Translations under genes and position numbers: made by a program | Notes under the pieces: model-generated | The model's input: the letters and a program-made list of their open reading frames with translations, nothing else | Database searches by the model: none | What the model was told of the DNA's origin: nothing | Shown: piece by piece, positions 16,590-31,205 of the stretch | How positions within the stretch are numbered: position 1 is the first letter of the stretch | How the letters are laid out: each line of letters begins with the position of its first letter | DNA from: Eledone cirrhosa | Taxonomy: Eukaryota | DNA: 64,000 bases | Reading direction: 5' to 3' | NCBI GenBank assembly: GCA_964016885.1 | Contig: CAXHJY010000708.1 | Location: 1-64,000, forward strand

Positions 16590-17000
16590 TAACATTTGCA
16601 ACAAGGCCAACAATATGTGTAAGGGGTAAGTCGATTATATCGACCCCAGTACTTTACTGGTACTTTATTTTATCGACCCCGGAAGGATGAAAGGCAAAGT
16701 TGACCCGTTCAGGATTTAAAACCAGAACGTAACAAATATCGCAGAGCAATTGTCCAATGCTCTACAGATTATGTCAATCTCCTGCTCTCAGCCAGGTGTA
16801 ATAATTGTTTATACTTTCGGAACAAGGCCATTAAATCGACCCCAATGCTTTATTGGTACTTTATTTTATCGACTCCGTGAGGATAAAAAGCAAAGTTAAC
16901 CTCGGTAGGATTTGAACTCAAGACGTAAAGGGTTGTAACTATATGCCACAAGGCATGTTGCACGACAATCTACTGATACTGGTAATTAACCACCCTAGCC
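16590..17000 (-). mobile_element. Two tandem SINE copies, minus strand
   Basis: Reverse complement of the family core appears twice. Confidence 0.8.
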
Positions 17001-17351
17001 AGGTGTAAGAATGGTCTATCAGCGAGTGATAGTGAAAAGACGAGAAAATTGAAGACTGAGCGAGTGAAATACATAGAGAAAAGAATCAAGAGGAAGCGGG
17101 GGAAGAAAAAAAAAGGGAGGAAGAGGGGAAAAAGAGATATAGATCTTGAAAAAGAAGGAAGAGTAAGAAGGAGAGGGAAGACCCGGAGAAAAGTAATAGA
17201 AGACGTAAATGATATTCTAGAAAAACCCGTCGGTTGTCTTCTTTTGTTTCTTGAAGTGGAATACAGCATGAACAAATGGTTAAAAAGTTCCAGTTTCGAT
17301 CCCAATGCGAGGCATCTTGTGCAAATGTCATTTATTATAGCTTCAGGATAT

Positions 17352-17568
17352 GGCGGTGGATTGGCAGATTGGTAGAGCGCCGGACAACATGCTTTGCAGT
17401 TAGAGTTACGGCCTTTTACGTCCCGAGTTCAAATCCCGCCGAGGTTAGCTTTGCCTTTCATCCTTACGCGGTTGATAAAATAAAGTACCTGTAATGCACT
17501 AGGGTCGATTTAATCGACTATTCCCGCCCCTTCAAATTGCTGGCCTTGTGCCTAAATCAGAAACCATT
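17352..17568 (+). mobile_element. Full-length tRNA-derived SINE
   Basis: A-box-like head, B-box gagttcaaatccc, core and 3' end are all present. Confidence 0.9.
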
Positions 17569-17974
17569 TATTATAGCTTCTGGTCGATCTATGCTTTGTG
17601 AGTGAAATTGGGTAGACTGAAACTGTTTAGAAGCCCGTCGGATGGACTGTACCTGTAATTCAATGAGTCAGTCTTGTCACACATTGTGTTACACTGAATC
17701 TCGCTGAAAATTACATTATAGTTACACGTGCCTGTGCAATGCTCAGACAGCTACACAATTAATATCACGAGCAAGCTATTCCGTTGATTGAACAACTGGA
17801 ACACTCATCGTCGAATCCGACGGAGGCCCGAATCAACTAAACGGCTTCCATTCCATCATCCCTCGTCTATTGGACACTACAATTACACCCTGTGTCGATG
17901 AGCCCCATCTTAATAACTTGGGAAACGAACAGGCTCTGTCTGACTGACGTTTGACATGGACGATGAAAATGTAT

Positions 17975-18103
<129 letters not shown>

Positions 18104-18740
18104 ATGCATAATAGATAGAAACAGATAGGTAGATAAATGTATAGAAAGAAGCATAGATAGATAAATAACTAGAAAGAAAGAAAAAATATAGATAGATAAA
18201 TAGATTAATGAGATAGATAAATATACCAGTTAGAGGTGACGACATATATGTATTATTCATTGACATCCTCATCCAAACCCGCACAGCCGTTTGTGAGAAC
18301 AAACTGTTCATTTTTCACGTATTTCCATTTATTTTGGGGGTAATGTTTGCTACTGAAGAGATTGTGTGTTTTCCTATACATACACTATCATTGTATGTGT
18401 GTGATATATAGAGGTTTCTAACAAAAATATTAGGAATCGGAAATTGAAACATAGTATTCTTGCATATTTTTAGGATGTGAGCAGCGCAAAGAAACTTCAA
18501 CTGGAAACAGGATGGTCGCTAGATTTTTGGTATTATGGAGTGAGACACAGCTTCATGGGTGGGCCTTTGGTCTGTCTGTCTCCCTCACTCTCTCGATATA
18601 TATATATATATTTGTATAAGTAGGGGACAATTTTTCTTCCCAGCATGTTATATTGATAACAGGACTATGCACCAATTTATCGTATTTCCTTATAATTCTT
18701 TTATGCTTTGTTTGGAACATTAGCGTTTCTAAATCCATGT

Positions 18741-18813
<73 letters not shown>

Positions 18814-18840
18814 TATATATCTATATGTATGTGTGTGTAT

Positions 18841-18875
<35 letters not shown>

Positions 18876-19111
18876 CATGTGTGTGTATGTATGTGTGTAT
18901 ATATATATATATAATATAATTGTTTCTACTTTTGGCAGAAGGCCAGCAAACACCCAGTGCATTACTGGTACTTTATTTTATCGACCCCGTAAGGATGAAA
19001 GGCAAAGTCAACCCCTAAAAAAAAAATATTTATAAATATATATATATATATAATATAATGATGATAAAGAGCAGGAATGGAGTATCAATATAACAACATT
19101 ATGTTTATTCA

Positions 19112-19200
19112 CACGTGACGCGCGTTTCACGATCGATCAGCTCAACGTACGATCTAAAGTGATCGGTTCCGATTCTGGAACCGATAGCTCATCAGATTGA
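19112..19200 (-). ncRNA. Degenerate hammerhead-like motif
   Basis: On the minus strand: CUGAUGA ... GAA ACGCGCGU C (palindromic stem III, GUC triplet). Stem I is poor. Confidence 0.4.
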
Positions 19201-19301
19201 TGAGCTGGTTATTGTAAGTGGGTCACGAACTGAGTGCATATTTAAAGATTTACTGTTCAAACATTGATTCTTTCAAAGCCACATTATCTTTAGAATTAAA
19301 C

Positions 19302-19490
19302 GGCGGTGGGTTGGCAGTATCGGTAAAGGGTCGGACGCCATGCTTTGCAACATAGAGTTACGGCCTTTTACGGTATGAATTAAAATCCGCTGAGGATAGC
19401 TTTGTCTTTCATCCTTACGGGGTCGATAAAATAAAGCACCAGTAATGCACGGGATAATTGCTGGCCTTGTGCCAAAAGTAGAAACAATTA
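19302..19490 (+). mobile_element. tRNA-derived SINE with probable target-site duplication
   Basis: Family sequence flanked by attatctttaga on both sides. Confidence 0.85.
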
Positions 19491-19794
19491 TCTTTAGATT
19501 TAAAATAACGAGAGGCGAAATCTTGTGAGGTTTATGATTTTCTTGAGGGCATAAATTAAGTGAAATACAATAGATACTAGGTTTCCTTTTAAGGTCAGAA
19601 AATACTTCAGCCTGATTCTCTAAAAAAACATAAGAATGACCCACTCTACACGCCAACGAGCCTTTGCGTGGTCGATCGATCTGTTGGAAATAGCTGCCAA
19701 TACTCCCTTATGTTGACACACTGTATGGAGGATCACATTGGACAATGCAATTAGTAATAAATATACAAACAACAACAACAACAACAACAACCGC

Positions 19795-19873
<79 letters not shown>

Positions 19874-20254
19874 AGAGAAACAGGATAGTCAAGGCTGGAA
19901 TACTTTTGATCACAGGTTTGTTCAATCAGAGTTGATTTAGTACTAACCAACAAAAACCCACAATACAGTAGTGTTCTTATATACTACACACAAACATTTT
20001 AACTCGCATCAAAGCAAGGTCATCCGTCTGCTAACCAACATCATTCGCCAGTCAATGTACTATTTTCCCTATGTTCCTCCTACAGAAATGGTTCCTACTC
20101 TACTTAATTTGTTGGCTGCATACCACCACCATCTAAGACCACGAAATTACTCTATAACTCTGTTTCACTCACTTCTAAAGTGAACACTAGAGACATCATT
20201 CACATGTGTTCTTGCGCAAAACACTTCATTTCACGTTGCTCCAGTATATACAGC

Positions 20255-20375
20255 TGGGGGTTTAACCCCGCGATGGACTGGCGTCCTGTCCACTGGGGAG
20301 TCTTGTACTCTCAGTCGCTTCACGTCATGAAACCGGGATAAGCACCGTCCTAACGAGCCTTCTGGCTTAAGACAA
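20255..20375 (+). mobile_element. Fragment of a conserved-domain SINE (V- or Meta-domain-like)
   Basis: aaccccgcgatggactggcgtcctgtcca...gtcgcttca...gaaaccgggataagc resembles pan-metazoan SINE cores. Assignment is from memory, not from a search. Confidence 0.45.
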
Positions 20376-21187
20376 ACTTTAGACATACATATTCTAGGGC
20401 TCAGTTCTATATAATATGTAGTCCCTATTTAAAAAGACAATACAGAGTTTTCTTAGGGAAACATAACTGCTACATCCAACAAACAATTACGAAGAAGCAG
20501 ACGTGGAGACTCGCATTTATAAATCTGGAGATGCAACGAGCATTAATATTAGAGAGTTGTATTATATCACTGCATCACCCCCATCTTGCCAGGGAACTTA
20601 CATCCACTCGTTATACAATAGCCATCGGGTTAGATGGCTATTCAAATAAAGTCCTATATTTTCCCACAGACCTTTTTACTGAGGATGCTCTCAACCTTTT
20701 CTATGGTAAAGCTAAAGAGAAGGCGGTGGTGGGAGGGGAAGGTGTCACATGACACATAACACAGTATAAGCGCCTCCCTCTACCCAGATGTCTTGTAATG
20801 ACTCTTTCTGTTATATCTCCTCAGATCACCTCATTGGAATGTCATCCCCCATCGTTGTTCAGTAGAGTCACGTGATACTCTTTTTTTGTATTGTTGTTTT
20901 TAAGGTGGTGACGGTAATGGCAGGGGTGACGATGAGTGATGCTCTCTTTGTTTTCCTTGTATTGTTTCCCTTTTTTGTTCTCTTGCTTTTTTCTCTTAAT
21001 ATATTAATGTTATTCTTGTTTTTGTTGCTGCTTTTTCTTTCTTTGTCCCTCATTCTATTTGCTGTTGCCATTATATATTCGATGCAGCTACTGTTGTTTC
21101 TTTGTTCACACTGTTTTCTACACACCACATATATATTCTATTATCAGAATATGTAGTATTTAAATACCTTAGTATTTAAAACATTCA

Positions 21188-21450
21188 AACAGATGAGGCG
21201 ACCAGATAAAGCGAACAGATAAAGTGAACAGATGAGGCGACCAGATAAAGCGAACAGATAAAGCGGTCAGATAAAGCGACTAGATGAAGTGACCAAATAA
21301 AGCGAACAGATAAAGCGATCAGATAAAGTGACTAGATGAAATGACTAGGTGAAGTGACTAGATGAAGTGACTAAATGAAGCGACTAGATGAAACGACCAG
21401 ATGAAGTGACTAGGTGAAGTGACTAGATGAAGCGACCAGAGGAAACGATC
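21188..21450 (+). repeat. ~13 bp minisatellite (AGATRAAGYGAMY-like)
   Basis: Repeated agataaagcgaac / agatgaagtgact units. Confidence 0.9.
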
Positions 21451-21705
21451 AAGCTGAAACTTCGAAGCAACTGCCACTTTTTCTACTTAGAAAATAAACA
21501 TTGTTACTATTATTGCGGTGGAAGGGCAGTGGATTGGCGGGATCGTTAGTCCGTCGGATGAAATACATAACTGTATTTCCTTATGGCCTTCTACATTCTG
21601 GTTTCAAATCCCGCCGAGGTTAACATTGCCTTTCATCTGGAGTTGATATAAATGACATTCCTCTACCTACAACTTGCAGGTTTTGTGTCTAAATTAGCAA
21701 TCATT

Positions 21706-21888
21706 TGGATTGGCAGTATCAGTAGAGGGTCGGACGCCATGCTTTCCAGCATAGTTACGTCCCTTTACGATCTGAGTTCAAATCCCGCCGAGGTTGACTT
21801 TGCCTTTCATCCTTACGGGGTCGATAAAATAAAGTACCAGTAATGCACTGGGTAATTGCTGGCCTTGTGCCTAAAGTGGAAACAATTA
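21706..21888 (+). mobile_element. Young short-subfamily SINE
   Basis: Nearly identical to the inverted copy at 23270-23452. Confidence 0.9.
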
Positions 21889-22057
21889 TTATCACGGTCG
21901 ATGAGGCTAGTAAATTGACAAAGCACCAGACAAAATATTGCATTTGTTCCGTGTCTTAACTACATTCCCCCTCCTGGGTCAAGTACTGGGATCGAGTTAA
22001 GCCCAAATATCTGGCTTTGTGCTTATGTTAAAAACAATTGTCATCATTATCACCAAT

Positions 22058-22712
22058 ATCATCAACCTCATCATCACCACCGCCGCCATCACCATCAACC
22101 TCATCATCACCACCGCCGCCATCACCATCAACCTCATCATCACCACCGCCGCCATCACCATCAACCTCATCATCACCACCGCCGCCATCACCATCAACCT
22201 CATCATCACCACCGCCGCCATCAACCTCATCATCACCACCGCCGCCATCACCATCAACCTCATCATCACCACCGCCGCCATCACCATCAACCTCATCATC
22301 ACCACCGCCGACATCACCATCAACCTCATCATCACCACCGCCGCCATCACCATCAACCTCACCACCGCCGCCATCACCACCAACCTCATCATCACCACCG
22401 CCGCCATCACCATCACCACCGCCGTCATCACCATCAACCTCATCATCACCATCACCATCACCACCGCCGTCATCACCATCAACCTCGTCATCATTGTCGC
22501 TGTCATCATCACCACCGCCGTCATCATCAACCTCACCATCACCATCGCCGTCATCGTTGTCGTTGTCTCATCATCATCGTCACCGTCATCGTCGTCATGT
22601 CATTATCATCAACATCATCGTTATCACCTTCATCATCAACGTCGTCGCTGTCCTCGTCATCGTCATCATCATCATCATCATCGTTGTCATTATCGCCATT
22701 ATCGTCGTCGTT
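22058..22712. repeat. 33 bp CAY-based minisatellite decaying into (CAT/CGT)n
   Basis: Unit catcaccatcaacctcatcatcaccaccgccgc. Confidence 0.92.
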
Positions 22713-23269
22713 GTTAAAAAAAAAGTCATTGATCGTAAAATAAAATTTATAAAAATCAATAAAATAAGCATCAACTTTTTAGCATTTAATGAGAAAGAAT
22801 GGATTTCCATCGATTTCGACGATAGGTGTTCAATCAATGGAACAGCCTGCTCGTGTAAGTGGTTGAGCATTCCACAGACACGTGTAACTATAACGTAATT
22901 CTGAAGGAGATTCAGCGTGACACAATATGTGACAAGACTGGTCCTTTGGATTACACGCACAACTCATCACATCGGACCAAGGAAACTATGTTTCCAGTAG
23001 TCTTTCTATCACTGATACTATTTGTTGGTGGCAAACTCTGGCAGAAACGTTACCGTTTTTCCGGTGAGATGGTGGCAGCAATTGAACTCAGAAGGCACTG
23101 GGTCGGAATAGATACGATAAAGCATCTCATCAGACTCTTTAGCAATTCCAGCAATCTATCATCCTTGGACTAGTACTTTATTTATCGACCCCCAACCTAA
23201 TCTTCCCAATATGACCCAAATTAAATTTAAATCATAACATAACTTCTCTAATGCAAACTTTAACGTAAT

Positions 23270-23456
23270 TAATTGTTTCTACTTTAGGCACAAGGCCAGC
23301 AATTACCCAGTGCATTACTGGTACTTTATTTTATCGACCCCGTAAGGATGAAAGGCAAAGTCAACCTCGGCGGGATTTGAACTCAGATCGTAAAGGGACG
23401 TAACTATGCTGGAAAGCATGGCGTCCGACCCTCTACTGATACTGCCAATCCACCGC
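23270..23456 (-). mobile_element. Young short-subfamily SINE
   Basis: Reverse complement of 21706-21888. Confidence 0.9.
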
Positions 23457-23749
23457 ATTAATATCCGAAATTGTGAATTAATGTTGACATTTTTCCACGG
23501 GATATTGTTTCTGGCAACTCTAGACACCCACGACATTTCAATTTATAATAATTAATGTAGCAAATTACTAGAATTGTTAAACCGTTGGATAGAATGTTCT
23601 GTGATAGTAGTTCCGAGTTCAAATCACAACGAGGACAAATCTGTCTTTCATTCTTTCAGATTCGATAAAGTATCAGTCCAATACTGAAGTCCTTTCTTTC
23701 TCTCTCTCCTGATTTTAGCAATTGCGTTCTTCCCCAGTCAGACGAAAAC

Positions 23750-24310
23750 TAGTTTTGTCGTTCACCCTTACGGGTCGATTAAATAAAGTACCAGTCACGC
23801 ACTGGGGTCGATTTAATCGACTTTCCCTTCTCACATAATTGCTGGCCTTGTGCCTATATAAGAAACCATTATTATTATTATTATTATTACGGGGTCGATA
23901 AAATAAAGTACCAGTAATGTACTGGTTAATTACTGGCCTTGTACCAAAAGTAGAAACAATTATTATTATTATATTGCCTTTCATCCTTACGGGGTCGATA
24001 AAATAAAGTACCAGTAATGAACTGGGTATTGGCAGTATCGGCAGAGCGTCGGACACCATGCTTTGCAGCATAGAGTTACGGCCCTTGCCATTCTGAGTTC
24101 AAATCACGCCGAGGTTAACTTTGCCTTTTATCCTTGCGGGGTCGATAAAATCAAGTACCAGTAATGCACTGAGATAATTGCTGGCCTTGTGCCAAAAGTA
24201 GAAACAATTATTATTGGTAATAAAGTAACACACTGGATCCATTCAATCAACTTTATCCCCCACCCCACCCCCAAAATGTTGGCCTTATGCCTAAATCAGA
24301 AACAATTGTT
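23750..24310 (+). mobile_element. Cluster of nested or tandem SINE fragments
   Basis: gtcgataaaataaagtaccagt-like core occurs four times, separated by (ATT)n tails. Confidence 0.85.
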
Positions 24311-24765
24311 ATCATTAGTAAAAAGTGAAATACGACGGGTTGAAATAGAAAAAACAACAAAAAACAAAGCAAAATAAAACCGGAAACTGTAGAGCACTGG
24401 GCTAAATATGAAATAGGATTATATTTAGTGCCATGTTCTGAGTTCAAATCAGGTCTGAGTCTAAGTAACGTTTCGCTCTCTCTTGGCACAAAGGTAGAAT
24501 ATTTTGAAGGAAGGACAAAGTTGATTAAATCACTCCAGTACTTGATTGGTACAATACTTTATAGACCTCGAAAGGCTGAAAGACAAAGTGAACCTCGACA
24601 GAATTTGAACTCAGCATGTAAGAGTTAGAACAAATATCACAATACCAATTTATTCGATACTCTACCAATTTTGCCAAAACCACGACTCTTATAAATTCAA
24701 TATTTATATGGAAGACTCACAAAATATTCACATTTAGACACACACAATCACACACAATCACACAA

Positions 24766-24821
<56 letters not shown>

Positions 24822-25082
24822 TATATATATTATATATATATATTATATATATATATTATATATATATATTATATATTATATATATTATATATATATATAT
24901 ATTATATATATATATATATTATATATATTATATATATATATTATATATATATATTATATATATATATTATATATATATATTATATATATATATTATATAT
25001 GTTATATATATATATATTATATATATATATTATATATGTTATATATATATATATTATATATATATATTATATATATATATTA

Positions 25083-25127
<45 letters not shown>

Positions 25128-25138
25128 ATTATATATAT

Positions 25139-25172
<34 letters not shown>

Positions 25173-25176
25173 ATTA

Positions 25177-25211
<35 letters not shown>

Positions 25212-25251
25212 GGAGGAAGTTGTAGTTCACTTGAAGCATTGTGTAATGAGG

Positions 25252-25607
25252 TATAAACGTTTGGAGTTGTAAGGCCAAGACAATGCAGGTATGGATATAG
25301 AATATAAATAAAAAAGCAAAATATATTGTTGACACTTAGTCTTTTACCTTAAATTTATTTAAATATCCTTAATTTTCGAGATAATATCTCTTCTTCGGTC
25401 ATGCTGACAGTATCACTTGGCAAGCTAATTAGAATACAGGATTAACCACTTTACTTCCCTCCGAAGAAGAGATATTATCTCGAAAATTAAGGATATTTAA
25501 ATAAATTTAAGGTAAAAGACTAATTGTCAACAATATCTTTTGCTTTTTTATTTATATTCTATATCCATACCTGCATTGTCTTGGCCTTACAACTCCAAAC
25601 GTTTATA
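25252..25607. mobile_element. Fold-back element: 147 bp arms, 62 bp spacer, hammerhead-like core
   Basis: 25252-25398 is the near reverse complement of 25461-25607. Motif CCGAAGA-a-gagat/atctc-GAA-AATT-A at 25461-25489. TA repeats on both sides. Confidence 0.8.
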
Positions 25608-25618
25608 TATATATATAT

Positions 25619-25713
25619 TAGAGCGTGTCCCCCAATAATGTATACATACTTCAACAACATTCTAATAAATATTGATTGTACAGGTAATCAAAGTGTGTAT
25701 ACATTTTTGGGAC

Positions 25714-25721
<8 letters not shown>
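25619..25721. mobile_element. Tc1/mariner-type MITE
   Basis: Imperfect ~30 bp TIRs (gtgtccc..aatgtatacaYactt / aagtgtgtatacatttttgggacacccta) with TA flanks. Confidence 0.7.
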
Positions 25722-25759
<38 letters not shown>

Positions 25760-25918
25760 GTAATTAGAGTGGAATAATTCACTATTATTTTTGGTAATGT
25801 GTTAAGATCAATATGTGTTATTAGAGTCGACAGCATGCAGCAATCCTAGTCAAAGGTGTATACTAAAGATTTAAGACATAGTTATATAGGTGAAAACAGT
25901 GTGTATATATATATAAGG

Positions 25919-26010
<92 letters not shown>

Positions 26011-26114
26011 CGAAGGAAATGTGGTAAGGAACCAGGTGGACCATAACGCACCAAAGTACTCAATACTTAGAGTAGTAGAGTGGATAATAGGAACGAGTAA
26101 ACCCCGACGAGTAA

Positions 26115-26210
26115 ACCCCCTGAGAAGCTCGGCTATTCATATACCAGGATAAAAATTTTCATTTAGTCCAGAATTAGCTGTCGAAACGGCTTGAGCTCAG
26201 CCGTCGGGGT
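26115..26210 (+). ncRNA. Type I hammerhead-like motif with variant core (CUGAGAAG)
   Basis: Stem I acccc/ggggt (extendable with acgagta/tactcgt), stem II cggcta/tagctg, GAAAC, near-palindromic stem III acggc-ttgagctca-gccgt, GUC triplet. Confidence 0.6.
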
Positions 26211-26220
26211 CCTACTCGTT

Positions 26221-26266
<46 letters not shown>

Positions 26267-26496
26267 AACACACACACGACAGACTTCTGTAGTTTCCGTC
26301 CACTAAGAAACACTAGTCAACTTGAGGCTATAGTAGAACACAGACCCAAGGTGATACACAGCGGGACTGAACCCAGCCCCATTGGTTGAGAAGTAAACTC
26401 CTTAGTTGCATAGCCATGACTGCGTCTATATTTGTATGCGTTTGTGTGTGTGTGCGGGCGCGCATATATGCTTGCGCGCGTTTATGCATGCGTGTG

Positions 26497-26566
<70 letters not shown>

Positions 26567-26643
26567 ATATATATATATGTGTGTGTGTATATATATATAT
26601 GTGTGTGTGTATATATATATATGTGTGTATATATATATTTATA

Positions 26644-26683
<40 letters not shown>

Positions 26684-26687
<4 letters not shown>

Positions 26688-26878
26688 TTATGTAATAAAC
26701 AACATAAGGCAATTATTCCATTTACCAGTGGTTTCTTAAAAGCAAAAGGTTTTGCTTTCAATCCTCAGAATGAAAAAACCAGGATTTTTCATTCTGAGGA
26801 TTGAAAGCAAAACCTTTTGCTTTTAAGAAACCACTGGTAAATGGAATAATTGCCTTATGTTGTTTATTACATAATAAT
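26684..26878. mobile_element. Fold-back element: 94 bp arms, 7 nt loop, hammerhead in each arm
   Basis: 26684-26777 is the reverse complement of 26785-26878. A tail runs to ~26950. TA/TG arrays on both sides. Confidence 0.9.
26787..26846 (+). ncRNA. Type I hammerhead ribozyme (mirror copy 26716-26775, minus)
   Basis: Stem I tttcatt/aatggaa, core CUGAGGA, long stem II ttgaaagcaaaa/ttttgcttttaa, GAA, stem III ACCA-c-TGGT, GUA triplet. Confidence 0.85.
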
Positions 26879-26950
26879 AATAATTAAGCTCTGTTGCCTA
26901 CATAGAGCACTCTTTTTTCCTGGACTTTTTCGATGGAATTACTTCATTCA

Positions 26951-28403
<1,453 letters not shown>

Positions 28404-29023
28404 CTGCATACGACCTTAGCCCCCACCGATTTTCGTAATTAACTTGTGATATTTACAGCCCATTAACATTAGAGTTGAGTTGGGGTTAAGTTTTGATTGG
28501 TGTTGGGTTACAGCTAGGATAGGGGCTAGTGTAAGGATTGTGTTTGAAATAGGCGGTAGCTGATGTGGCATGGTATGGTTTATAGTTCAGTTTAAGATTA
28601 GGGTTCGGGGTTACGGAACAAGTGATATTTCCAGTGTATTATAAGGTACGCTGTAGAGAGATAGCCTTCTGCCCTATAAAAATTGAAACGCGGTTCAGGA
28701 ATTTTTTTTTTTTCTGTGTATTGATTTTATTCTTTTATTCTTTTTCTGGTTTCAATCTTTGAACTGCGGCCATGCTGGGGCACCGCCTTTAGGGATTCAG
28801 TCGATCATATCGAACCACCCTCCCTACTACTTATTTCACTTATTTCATCGACATCGTTCAGTCCAACCACTATATATATAATATATTATAATTTTTACAC
28901 CTAAATATATTTTTGGAAAAATGAAGCTTTACAAATTCTAGTTTTTAGCCTATATAGTATTTGAGTTATTTAAGGTGTAATATGACTAACATAGTTTTAT
29001 TTTAGTTTATTCTTATATATATA

Positions 29024-29193
29024 TATCGCCGTATTTTGACTAAAGAAATTAAAGAAATTATTTAGCCTGTAGTGGGGTTAAGAACCCTCGGAGAAATGGA
29101 AAATACTCATCTTTCTCCATTTCTCCGAGGGTTCTTAACCCCACTATCAGGCTAAATAATTTCTTTAATTTCTTTAGTCAAAATACGGCGATA
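29024..29193. repeat. Fold-back element: ~77 bp arms, 15 nt spacer, no clear ribozyme
   Basis: 29024-29100 is the reverse complement of 29116-29193 with one indel. It starts in (TA)n and has a right-side tail to (TA)n at ~29252. Confidence 0.85.
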
Positions 29194-29652
29194 GCTTACA
29201 TTTCTAATAATTTCAAATCAACTCGCTGTTTCGAAAATATTCTTACTTTACATATATATATAATATGGATATCCGTCAGTTTCGACGGCGAGTGTTCCAG
29301 TTGTTCGATCAACAGAATAGCCTGCTCATGAAATTAACATGTAAGCGGTTAGGCATACCACAGACACGTGTACTCATAATTGTTTCTACTTTAGGCACAA
29401 GGCCAGCAATTATCCAGTACATTACTGGTACTTTATGTTATCGACTCCGTAAGGATGAAAGGCAAAGTTAACCTCAGCGGGATTTGAACTCAAACCGGAC
29501 ACGTGTACTCATAATGGTATTCTCAGTTTTTCATTCACAAGGCAAGTCTCGACCCGATGTTTTGGTAACTGACACTTGCCTATCCTAAATGCCACGCAGT
29601 GGGATCGAACTCGGGACCTAGTGGAAAGTAAATGTCTTAACTATAGTTATTC

Positions 29653-29704
<52 letters not shown>

Positions 29705-29793
29705 GTGTGTGTGTGTGTGTGTGTGTGCGTATTATATCTTCAACGTGAAATATTTGACATCACAAACCCCCTCCATCTCACCCCGCTCTCTCT

Positions 29794-29829
<36 letters not shown>

Positions 29830-31205
29830 TGCTTGTTTGCACATCTATCTATGTGTGTGGAGGTGTATGGCGTATGTATGTATTCGTATTGTATAATTTC
29901 TCAAAAAGCTGTTTAGAAAAAAAAAAAAAAATGAATGAATGTAAATAGTATAACAGGCAATTACACACGCTTACATCTATTTATAACAACTTTTTCTTTT
30001 AAAATCTCATTCACACAATATTATACAAAAATTCGATTGTTTTCATAACATATAATATAGATGATCAATACTAATATCCCTAAGAGAATTCTAAAGAACT
30101 CGATGAGAGGAAACCAATATTGTGTAGAGTGGGTGTTAAGTGGAGATTAAATTCTTGCCAACTGAAGACTAACTCACTATAGATTTTCGCTAGTTATTAT
30201 ATGTATAGTTATGTCATTGATATTATTTAGAAAGTTATAAATCTCACATCCAGTCTTATTTGCCTATAGTTATGTGTCCGAGGCCCTGCACTGATGTAAG
30301 AAATCGATATTCAACGTAAATCTATAGACTACTATTAAATTCGAAAATGAAATTCAATGCAACACGCATTTATATACTGCTCTACAGCATTTCATACACA
30401 ATTCTGTACATACCTTTATATTTTATATACCTGAGCAATATATATAAAACAATACAGTGGTAATCTATAGCATTTAGTTTAGTTTTTTTGTGTGTGCTGA
30501 TTTATAGATTAAGAAATGTTATAATGAGACTGGAGTAGTATATTAAATTCTTTATACTTCTATAACATTTATTACGATTTTCTGTAGAGATGTATTATTA
30601 TTTAATATGAAATATTATACAAACATTATAGTGTATAAAACGAAATTTTACATAAATATTGAATACTCAAGATCCTGTATTCTAATTCTTTATTATTAAT
30701 GCTTCACAGCTTGTCAGCCATGAAGTGCAATAACTACGGCATTTGCTGGTTGTACTTTGCTGGGGTTAGGTGTACGCTCCACTTCATAACATCCTAGTGC
30801 TGACAATGCCAGAGAAAACAGTCGTTATAATGCCAACAGAACGTCTTTGTTCGGTCGTTATGTCTTTCCACAGAGCCAAAATGTATTTCGATTTGTTAGT
30901 GTAGAAATCCCATATACTACATAACCATCTATACAGACACAATACTAGAGAAGAGTTTAGCAGTATATTAAATCATATATGGCAGTAGCGTGTACAGGTA
31001 ATTTGTGCGCAAATCAAGCGAATCTATAGAAGAGTATACTTCTACTAATAAGATTTCTGTTTTAGATATATCAACTTCAATGTACATCTTAATATGACAA
31101 TATAAACAGATTTGAAGAAAAAAAAGTGAAACGAAAACAAAACAACGAATATATGTAGCGTCTGCTAGAAATTAAGATTATAAACGCAAGTGTTTGGTTG
31201 GAGAA

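Noticed and set aside
17352-17450. tRNA gene
   Set aside because: The A/B-box-like head belongs to a high-copy SINE and no cloverleaf forms.
21997-22898. Extensin- or mucin-like ORFs (SPPPP, ITINL repeats)
   Set aside because: Open in several frames on both strands because of a triplet-based minisatellite. No gene context.
28470-28620. Telomere-like (TTAGGG) degenerate repeats
   Set aside because: Only scattered imperfect units, not an array.
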